From Nitrospirota bacterium (GTDB lineage: Bacteria > Nitrospirota > UBA9217): a stretch of DNA of 23,951 nt. Below, piece after piece: positions 1 to 6,964 of the stretch. Location of the stretch: positions 1 to 23,951 of the forward strand of contig CAWIYV010000003.1 in the NCBI GenBank assembly GCA_963840455.1, given 5' to 3'. Below the pieces are notes generated by a model. The model was not told the DNA's origin. It did not search any database and saw nothing but the letters and a program-made list of their open reading frames with translations. How positions within the stretch are numbered: the first letter of the stretch is position 1; each line of letters starts with the position of its first letter. The position numbers and the translations under genes were made by a program.

Positions 1-1307
1 CAGTTTCGCAATCGCTTCGTCATTGAACGCATCCAGTTGAATCGATCTCTCAAATGCCTCTCTCGCTTTCTTCGAATCTCCCGTCACGATCCGATGGTAG
101 AATCCCAGTTTCTCATACCCCTCCGAGGACTCCGGATTCTCCCTGATAAGTTTCTCCACCGTTACCCTCGCCTCTTCCCCTTTGTCCAACAGGATGTAGA
201 TCTCCACTTTGAAGGCCAGAAGGAATGGGTCATTTGGAATCGCTCCCAACCCCCTGTCGCATTCTTTCAGCCCCTCAGCGAAGTCGCCGTGAAAGGTATA
301 GAGATAGGACGTGAAGATGCAGGGTACCGGATCTTGAAGAAATGAGTTTTTCGCCTCCTTCAGTATCTCCCCTGCCTCCTCCGGATGATTCCCTGTGATC
401 AACAGGTACGCCTTCCCCAACAGGGCCAAGAGTTCTTTCTTCTCCCTCAGGGCTTTGTCAAGGGAGATCTCTGCCTTCTCCTGTTCCCCCTTCTTCAGCG
501 CGATCAGGCCCAGCCCTGTCAGCGCTCGCGTATTGCCCGGGTCCCTCGACAGGGTCTCCTCAAATACCTTCCCACTCTCATCCAGCTTCCCTTCGTTCAG
601 CAGCGCCTCTCCTCGCCCAAGGCTCCCCTCCCTGAAGGTCAGATACCTCAACAGCCTCTTCTCCGTCAGGTAGTACGTCCACTGCGTCCGCTCTTTCGGC
701 ATCACGATGATGCTCTTCGTCGGCGCCTGGCTCCCGATCACCACCCCCTCTTCGTTCCTCCCTACCGAGATCGATCCGAAGGCATTCGAGAGTTGAACAT
801 TCCCTTCCAGCACGGTCACCCTCGACTCATTCTCCTTGACCGAGAGCCCCCACTCTGTCCCACGGATCGCTGCCGTCGCATAGGGCGTCTCGATCACCAC
901 CCCATCCCGTACCCCTTTCGACCTTGTCCACACCTCCCCAGATTCCAGCCGGAGCAGGATCTTGAGCGGCCCCGCTTTCTCTTTCGACGTCGTCACTTTT
1001 TGATGACGAGCGTCGTGTTGCTCGCCAGCTTCAACTGTGTCTCATCCCGGAACAGCATCGATAGACGACCCCCCGCTGCCGTCTTCACCATGTCATCCGT
1101 CACCAGTTCCTGTCTCGACACCGCCGGCCGGAACACCTCCTCAGGAACCAGACGCACCACGGCCTTCCCTGCCACAAACACAATCTCCCCAACAGGGCTA
1201 AACCCCTTCCTCTCCAACCGTTTTTCTGCGGCTTCACAAAGGGAAACGACCAGGATGATCCCGAGGATCGCTCGAACGGATTGCTTCACCAGAAGGGTCG
1301 CTCTCAT
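1..1307 (-). pseudogene. FecR-domain + TPR-repeat exported protein, split by a 1-nt frameshift at 997-1001; runs off the window edge
   Basis: ATG at 1307 gives a signal peptide and FecR N-part (GEIVFVAGKAVV...DMVKTAAGGRLSMLFRDETQLKLASNTTLVIKK*). The -1 frame from 996 to base 1 is fully open and reads VTTSKEKAGPLKILLRLESGEVW...IETPYATAAIRGTEWGLSVKENESRVTVLEGNVQL (FecR motif), then TPR-like helices (RALTGLGLIALKKGEQEKA; EGYEKLGFYH). Confidence 0.8.
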
Positions 1308-1530
1308 GCCCCACACCCCTTCACCATGGCAATTCACTCTCGTCCCGGCCCGTAGACAGTGCAAGAATCTCCTCCTTCCTTGGAGGGGGGATAAGATGAC
1401 AGATGAGACACAGCGATTTTACCTAATCTATCCAAAATGTCAACTGATTATCAGCCAATGAGAAGCCGGAGGACAAGATTCAGGGTTTTTTGGATGAAAA
1501 GCCCGTCTAAGTTTTCTTGGCCAATACTCG

Positions 1531-1793
1531 GGGCTTACTTCATAGCGTAATGCCTCAGTGACTGGGTCACGCAGTCGTCCACGGAGGTCGACCTACTCCG
1601 TCCTCGCGTTTCAGAGGCGGAACTTCACAGGTGAGCCTAATGAGCCTCTGGACTTTGATGGACGATGGTTTGCCAAGGGTCGTGAGGAGGTCCTTCGCCA
1701 TAGGATCCGCCACTGAACCGCTGCGGGTGAGCAGGTCAACCTCCGTGGAATCAAGGTGTGCCGTGCGGTAACTGAGGGCTTACTCCATAGCGT
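1531..1793. mobile_element. 245-bp fold-back (rod-like) element bounded by 18-bp direct repeats; identity unknown (structured RNA or small mobile element)
   Basis: GGGCTTACTtCATAGCGT at 1531-1548 and GGGCTTACTcCATAGCGT at 1776-1793. Nested complementary segments span 1553-1777, e.g. 1578-1594 pairs with 1733-1749 at 16/17 positions. Confidence 0.6.
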
Positions 1794-1971
1794 CAATTCT
1801 TCTTGACTCCTTCCTTCCATTTTGGTAATGTGATAACCAATATCAAGTCTCTGAGCCAGTTTCCCGTAAATCAACCTACTAACATAACCTTTAACCTTTT
1901 GGAGAGAGTGATGAGGGAAAGATTCCAAAGAGTACCACCAGTCACCCCATTTTTTTAGAAAGGAAAAAGAC

Positions 1972-2037
1972 ATGAGTAAAGGAAAAAAGACAAAACATGG
2001 TAAAAAAATTAGGAAACAGGAAAAGAAAAAGAAGTAA
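1972..2037 (+). CDS. putative 21-aa lysine-rich small protein MSKGKKTKHGKKIRKQEKKKK
   Basis: AGAAAGGA Shine-Dalgarno-like motif upstream of ATG 1972; TAA at 2035-2037; 11 of 21 residues are Lys. Confidence 0.4.
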   Translation: MSKGKKTKHGKKIRKQEKKKK

Positions 2038-2086
2038 CGGTCACAGGGTACAGGTCTGTAAACCTTAACGTTGGAGAACAAACCAA
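2038..2086 (+). pseudogene. degenerate tRNA-Tyr(GTA)-like fragment
   Basis: CGGTCACAGGGTACAGGTCTGTAAACCT resembles the D-loop-to-anticodon segment of bacterial tRNA-Tyr (CGGTCAAAGGGAGCAGACTGTAAATCT). It is followed by a decayed TTGG...CCAA arm, and no acceptor stem is visible. Confidence 0.3.
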
Positions 2087-2262
2087 AACAGACGTGGCGG
2101 GGAGAGTGGAATAAGCCTTGTAGCGGGACCGTCTGAATGCAAAGCACCACGTTTTCCAGACGTTGCTGGACTTGATTTCTGGTGAGGTCTCGCATAATCC
2201 ATTCCATGTCAAAGAAACCCGCATTTACAAGGCTTTCGGAAGTGTTCCCGACGGGTCTGTTT
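2086..2262. repeat. ~177-nt imperfect long hairpin with terminal inverted repeats AAACAGAC/GTCTGTTT
   Basis: 2086-2093 pairs with 2255-2262; AAGCCTTGTA 2113-2122 with TACAAGGCTT 2226-2235; GCGGG 2123-2127 with CCCGC 2218-2222. Inner helices CACCA/TGGTG and TCCAG/CTGGA. Confidence 0.5.
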
Positions 2263-2277
2263 ATGCAACTATGAGTA

Positions 2278-2314
2278 AAATCTGTTTACGTTGGTTCGAC
2301 CCCAACACGGTTCT
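2278..2314 (+). pseudogene. 3' half of a tRNA (tRNA-Cys-like)
   Basis: AAA-TCTGT (anticodon 3' strand)-TTAC (4-nt variable loop)-GTTGG TTCGACC CCAAC (perfect T arm)-ACGGTTC-T (acceptor strand, U discriminator typical of tRNA-Cys). No CCA and no contiguous 5' half. Confidence 0.6.
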
Positions 2315-2321
2315 TTAAAAA

Positions 2322-2358
2322 CCCTCTATCGTCTGGCGGTGAGGACACCTCTATTTCC
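2322..2358 (+). pseudogene. 5' half of a tRNA-Glu(TTC)-like gene
   Basis: CCCTCTA-TC-GTCT-GGCGGTGA-GGAC-A-CCTCT-ATTTCC matches the tRNA-Glu layout (TCGTCTAGCGGTTAGGACACC) up to a TTC anticodon loop, then breaks off. Confidence 0.55.
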
Positions 2359-2583
2359 TTCCCGGCAACAAAAACAGTTGAGCATATCACTATGAGCTGT
2401 TTACCGTGGACTGTGGGCTTTTGTAACGGTAGTTCAAAGTATTAATTTTCAACAATGTCCCCAAAAGTCGATTCAAGGTTTATCCCGTGAATGCCGATCA
2501 AACCTGAGAGATTGCCAAAACCGTCTTCCGACTTTACCTCCTAATCGAAGGGTGCGTCCATAACATTGGAAAAGGAATTTTAT

Positions 2584-3204
2584 ATGTTAAAAAAGATGCT
2601 CATTTTCATATTTGCAGTGATCTTTATCCTCCCGATAAGCACGGTTGCCCTTGAGAGAGACGAACAGATAAAAGGTTTTGAAAAGAAGATAAGAGGGATG
2701 CTTAATAAAACCAGAAGTAGTCTTCCCATCATCGACGTGGAGTACCACCATGGTGGGAAGATAGAGATGCAGAGACTCTTGTCCAAAATGGATCAAAACG
2801 CCGTGGCATTAACGTGGCTGGGACCCAATGAAAACCTCGGAAGCGAAGAATCCATAAGGCTGGGTGAATCATACCCTGACCGATTCGTTCCAACAACCGT
2901 TCACGGTGATGGTGAACGATGGCACAGTAGCGACAAGGGTTTTCTTGAAAAGCTGGCAAAGGACGCGCGGTCAGGGAAATATTTTGCCATGGGGGAGTTT
3001 GAGGCGAGGCATTATGCTTCGGACACAAATAATTATGTCTCGTCGGGGGGAGCTTCCCTTGAGACCGATTGGAAAAAGGTGATTGAGGAGTTCCGGACAG
3101 GTTTGTTTTTTTGTAGCCCTCTCTCCCGGCGGATCGTTTTCCGTCAGGCGCGTCAGTCCGCAGATAATATGAAATCCGTCGCTCTCCAATTACCTAATAA
3201 ATGA
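2584..3204 (+). pseudogene. exported amidohydrolase-superfamily (TIM-barrel) protein, internally deleted and frameshifted
   Basis: Signal peptide, then LPIIDVEYHH...MDQNAV...YPDRFVP...AMGEFEARH. The sequence jumps to LETDWKKVIEEF, where restoring one C at ~3093 gives the family-typical FPDRFVF. Too short for a full barrel. Confidence 0.6.
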
Positions 3205-3445
3205 ACAATACCTTATTGTCCCGATAAAATCAAGTAAACACGGTGCAATAATATAATCTGAAAGATGCATTTATCGAAAAGGGAACGCAACCATAGATAA
3301 TAAGAGAAGAGAGAGATCTGCTCGTATCGATGCGCAGTCCTACAATTTACCTTTCACCAGCGAATCCAACGCCGACGGATCAAGGGGACGACCAGAAGCC
3401 GGCCGATGGGTAATGTGATGCCCCCTACCATGCCGCCGATTCGTA

Positions 3446-3474
3446 TTTACAAGTGAATACTGAGGTGTTATAGT
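3446..3474 (+). promoter_or_regulatory. sigma70-type promoter, probably giving a leaderless mRNA
   Basis: TTTACA (3446-3451), 17-bp spacer, TGt-TATAGT extended -10 (3469-3474). ATG 3482 lies 7 nt downstream of the -10. Confidence 0.65.
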
Positions 3475-3481
3475 ATCCCTC

Positions 3482-3901
3482 ATGAAGCATGGAATGATGC
3501 ATAAGATCATGTCCGGGGCTCTGCTCTTTTATTTCGCCCTTTTCGTCATTCCGCCGGTATCCTCTTTTACCCCAACATCGGGAATGTTCGCGACTGCTGA
3601 TGACGGGTCCTCCCTTGAGCAGGATCATCGCCAGACCAGACTCTATCTCGTTGACATCTTCATCTGGCTCAAGCTGAAGGAGTCCCGGCATTCCGTTGCG
3701 ACGGCGATAGCACCGGTTGACCAGGCCGCTGCGGAAAGACCGGCCGTATCTTTTGACTCGCTCACAGCGCTTCTGCCCGACCAGACAGAGCATATGGTCC
3801 GGGTCACCAGGATCCTCCGGCACGCCATTTCCGGGCACCTTTCCCGGACCTCTGATATCTACTTTGCCCGCTCGGGCATCGCTCCACCCTTCCTCGCGTA
3901 G
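3482..3901 (+). CDS. hypothetical protein with N-terminal TM/signal segment and C-terminal SGIAPP motif (candidate arrest peptide/uORF)
   Basis: 139-aa ORF; hydrophobic GALLFYFALFVIPPV; ends FARSGIAPPFLA*; promoter directly upstream. Confidence 0.65.
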   Translation: MKHGMMHKIMSGALLFYFALFVIPPVSSFTPTSGMFATADDGSSLEQDHRQTRLYLVDIFIWLKLKESRHSVATAIAPVDQAAAERPAVSFDSLTALLPDQTEHMVRVTRILRHAISGHLSRTSDIYFARSGIAPPFLA

Positions 3902-4118
3902 CACCCCGCTGTAATCCACGGAAAACAACTGTTTAGACCGTCAGAGCCGACCCGGCTGTCGAATCGTGCTGTCCGCTGCTTGCTTTTCGCACGGGTTAAC
4001 ATGTTCGTTCACGCGCCTACGCGCGGTGACGGATCGTTTCCCGCCGGTCGGAGGCGTGTTATGCAGCGCGCGTTCACGGCTGGACGCGAAGCTCTCTGTG
4101 AGTCTATTAGGAGAATCT

Positions 4119-4613
4119 ATGAAAGCAAAAGAACTGATGCATCCGGTTAACGATTACCTTAGACCGGAATTGACGCTCAAAGAAGCGGTGTCCCTCCTCA
4201 AGAAATGCAGAACCGGAGAGGAGAACATCTGCGTGCGGGCGCTTCCCGTTTTGGACGAGCAGATGAAGTTCGTGGGCCTGTTATCCATGGGAGACATCCT
4301 GAAGGCAATCTGGCCGAAATACATGTCGCTCATGAGCCTCGGCAACTTCGCATGGGACGGAATGGTAGAGGAACTCGCGAGGCGGTCGAAAGACCTGCGC
4401 GTAGAGGACCTCATGACCCGCGAGGTCGTCACGGTGCGCCCGGATTCGCCGCTCATGGAATGCGTGGACCACATGCTAAAGTTCGGCGTGAAGAAGCTAC
4501 CGGTAGTTGATCCAGACGGTGCAGTAGCCGGCATGCTCTACGAGCGGGATCTGTTCTTCGCCATCGTCGGGGCGATCCTGAACGACAGCGGCAAGCCGGA
4601 GGGCAAGCCATGA
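4119..4613 (+). CDS. CBS-pair domain protein
   Basis: AGGAGA RBS before ATG 4119; two CBS motifs (ALPVLDEQMKFVGLLSMGDI; KLPVVDPDGAVAGMLYERDL). Confidence 0.9.
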   Translation: MKAKELMHPVNDYLRPELTLKEAVSLLKKCRTGEENICVRALPVLDEQMKFVGLLSMGDILKAIWPKYMSLMSLGNFAWDGMVEELARRSKDLRVEDLMTREVVTVRPDSPLMECVDHMLKFGVKKLPVVDPDGAVAGMLYERDLFFAIVGAILNDSGKPEGKP

Positions 4614-5977
4614 CGCTGGAATCATCAACACCGGGGATTGCGTTCATCATGGATCTTCCATTCTGGATCGCTACGGTGGTGTTCTTAACCGCCTACGCGA
4701 TGATCATCACCGAAAAGTTGCATAAGACCGTGGTCGCCATATTCGCGGCTTCCCTCATGCTCGTCCTCCGGATCGTGGAGCAGCATGAGGCGTTCCACGT
4801 GGAGGAGCTCGGCGTGGACTGGAACGTGATCATCCTGCTGATCTCCATGATGCTCATCATTAACCTGATGCGGCCGACGGGCGTCTTCGAATATATCGCC
4901 ATCCGGTCCGCCAAGTGGGGCAAGGGGGACCCCTTTCGGATCATGGTGATCTTCGCCCTCGTCACCGCTGTCCTGAGCGCGCTGCTCGACAATGTAACCA
5001 CGGTCCTTCTGATCACCCCCGCGGCCATCCTGATCGCCGACGCCCTTGAGGTCGACGCCGTACCCTACCTCATCTCGTCGGCCCTCGCCTCGAACATCGG
5101 CGGTACGGCGACGCTCATCGGCGACCCGCCGAACCTGATGATCGCGTCGCGTGCCCAGCTGACCTTCATGGACTTCATTGTCAATCTCGCTCCGCTGGTC
5201 ATCATCCTGTTGGTCCTGTACCTTGTTGCCATGAAACTCATCTGGGGACGCAAACTGGTGACCCGCGACGAATTAAAGGAGCGCATCATGCAGATGGATG
5301 AGCGCGAGGCCATCAAGGACCCGGTCATGCTCCGAAAGTCCCTCGCCGTGCTCGTGCTGGTCCTCGCCGGATTCGTCTTCCACGGCATCCTGCATTTCCA
5401 GCCAGCGACTATCGCTCTATTCGGTGCGGGCCTGCTGCTGCTTCTTTCGCGCACAAACGAGCCCCACCACGTACTTTCAGAGGTCGAGTGGCCAACCATC
5501 TTTTTCTTCCTCGGCCTGTTCATCATCGTTGGAGGTGTCGTGAAGGTGGGGCTCATCAAGCGTATGTCCCTCCAGATTCTTGAACTAACGGGTGGCGACC
5601 TGTTTGCAACCTCGATGATCGTCATGTGGTTCTCCGCCATCGCCTCCGCCGTGGTAGACAACATCCCCTATGTCGCCACGATGAACCCTCTGATCGTTGA
5701 TATGGCGCGGCAGCTCTGGCCGGACCTGTCCGGCATCCAGCTTCTGCAGCACCCTGACCTCATGCCTCTCTGGTGGTCCCTGGCGCTGGGCGCCTGTCTG
5801 GGCGGGAACGCAACGATCGTCGGTGCGTCTGCAAACGTGATCGTCGTCGGCCTCTCGGAAAAGGCGGGGAGGAAGATCTCCTTCTGGAAGTTCATGGCCT
5901 ATGGCACTCCGGTTATGATCATGACGGTGGCGGTCTCGTCCCTCTATGTATGGATACGATACTACCTGCTGCGATGA
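4610..5977 (+). CDS. ArsB/NhaD (SLC13-like, IT superfamily) permease
   Basis: Multiple TM helices; motifs SALLDNVTTVLL, ASNIGGTATLIGDPPN, SAVVDNIPYVATM, LGGNATIVGASAN; ATGA overlap with the CBS gene. Confidence 0.9.
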   Translation: MTLESSTPGIAFIMDLPFWIATVVFLTAYAMIITEKLHKTVVAIFAASLMLVLRIVEQHEAFHVEELGVDWNVIILLISMMLIINLMRPTGVFEYIAIRSAKWGKGDPFRIMVIFALVTAVLSALLDNVTTVLLITPAAILIADALEVDAVPYLISSALASNIGGTATLIGDPPNLMIASRAQLTFMDFIVNLAPLVIILLVLYLVAMKLIWGRKLVTRDELKERIMQMDEREAIKDPVMLRKSLAVLVLVLAGFVFHGILHFQPATIALFGAGLLLLLSRTNEPHHVLSEVEWPTIFFFLGLFIIVGGVVKVGLIKRMSLQILELTGGDLFATSMIVMWFSAIASAVVDNIPYVATMNPLIVDMARQLWPDLSGIQLLQHPDLMPLWWSLALGACLGGNATIVGASANVIVVGLSEKAGRKISFWKFMAYGTPVMIMTVAVSSLYVWIRYYLLR

Positions 5978-6032
5978 GTGATGATCCAATCATCGTTGCA
6001 CTCAGTTCAATGACCTAAAGGAGATACTTTCC

Positions 6033-6881
6033 ATGAAAAGAACTATGATACTGATAGCTGCAGCGCTCGGTGCTCTCGTACTGTATGTAGACCTCAGCGG
6101 CGGTAAATTCCGCGATCGTATCGAGCGTGAGCGAGCATCGATCCTCAAGGCCTGCACAGCCGCTCCTGCCATTTCCGCTTCGCAAAAGGGTCTCGCTGAT
6201 CTTCCTGCGCCCGTGCGGAAATATCTTCAGTTTGCGCTGGGGGGGCGAAGCAAGTCGGTCTCATCCGTGCGGATCAAGCAGTCAGGTTCGTTCCGATTAA
6301 GTGAAAAGGATTCTTGGACGCCCGTCACTGCCAACCAGCTGCTGGCCCTTGGAAAACCGGCTTTTGTCTGGCATGCCCGGCTCCAGCCCCATCCCTATGT
6401 TTGGACGGAAAGCCGGGACATACTGCACGAGGGTGTTGCTAAAACGGAGCACCGGCTATACTCGGCCTTCCCATTCCCCCTCAAACGCTTTATCGGCAAG
6501 GCCGCTGATGTCTCCGCTCTCGTCAGATATCTGACCGAAGCGCCCTGGCTCCCGGCAGCTTTGCTCCCGAGCGACCATCTCTCATGGAAGGCCATTGATG
6601 ACCGTACCGCCAGAGCCACTCTGATCTACAATGGATATCGGGTCAGCGCTGATTTCACGTTCAACAGTGAAAGCGAGATCACTCAGGTGACTACACGGGA
6701 CCGCACCTGGAACCGATCGGGCGCCTCCGAGGCGCATCCCTGGATAGCCCGTTATCAGCGGTATGAGCTACACAGCGGGATCAAGGTTCCCATGGAGATG
6801 GAGACGGAGTGGAGTATCAACGGCAAAAGCTTCCCCTACGCCCGGCTGCAGGTCGACACGATTGCATTCGAAGGTATGTAG
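6033..6881 (+). CDS. conserved hypothetical protein, DUF6544/DUF6920-like, N-terminal membrane anchor
   Basis: AAGGAG RBS; motifs LPAPVRKYL, RYLTEAPWLPAALLP, WKAIDDRTARAT, GIKVP. Confidence 0.75.
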   Translation: MKRTMILIAAALGALVLYVDLSGGKFRDRIERERASILKACTAAPAISASQKGLADLPAPVRKYLQFALGGRSKSVSSVRIKQSGSFRLSEKDSWTPVTANQLLALGKPAFVWHARLQPHPYVWTESRDILHEGVAKTEHRLYSAFPFPLKRFIGKAADVSALVRYLTEAPWLPAALLPSDHLSWKAIDDRTARATLIYNGYRVSADFTFNSESEITQVTTRDRTWNRSGASEAHPWIARYQRYELHSGIKVPMEMETEWSINGKSFPYARLQVDTIAFEGM

Positions 6882-6882
6882 C

Positions 6883-6927
6883 AAAACAAATAAGAGGGGG
6901 GGCCGGCAGTGGATCACCGGCCCCCTC
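6883..6927 (-). terminator. intrinsic terminator of acs (possibly bidirectional)
   Basis: GC-rich stem GAGGGGG(GG)CCGG/CCGGCCCCCTC followed on the minus strand by TTATTTGTTTT; lies between convergent genes. Confidence 0.7.
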
Positions 6928-6964
6928 AGGAGAGAGTTCGTATGAGAAGGAAAAGCTCGTACGA

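Noticed and set aside
385-1461. 358-aa + strand ORF (and 37-345, 395-673)
   Set aside because: Opposite the FecR-TPR gene, whose motifs are clear; Pro/Arg/Leu-rich translation with no recognisable motifs.
1531-1793. Known RNA identities for the rod (SRP, 6S, hammerhead, hairpin or twister ribozyme) and CRISPR
   Set aside because: No SRP GGAA/AGCAG motif and no large central bubble. No CUGANGA+GAAA pair on one strand (CTAATGAG at ~1637 lacks a GAAA partner), and AGUC at ~1573 is not opposite AGAA. Only two repeats 245 bp apart and no cas genes.
1611-2207. 198-aa minus-strand ORF
   Set aside because: Crosses the hairpin elements and the A-rich tract (giving a spurious Phe-rich stretch); no RBS or domain signal.
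2126-2314. tmRNA or intact intron-containing tRNA
   Set aside because: Acceptor-like pairing exists, but there is no CCA, D-arm, tag ORF or group I core, and the length is far below tmRNA.
3902-4118. c-di-AMP (ydaO) riboswitch upstream of CBS/transporter genes
   Set aside because: Conserved GCTGAATCC...GGAGGAACC...CCCGAA...CAGCTAAC blocks are absent.
3966-4118. Extended N-termini offered by the ORF track (CBS from 3966; also acs 9031, antiporter 10463, DUF4912 22093)
   Set aside because: Downstream ATGs have clear SD motifs and start at the domain boundary.
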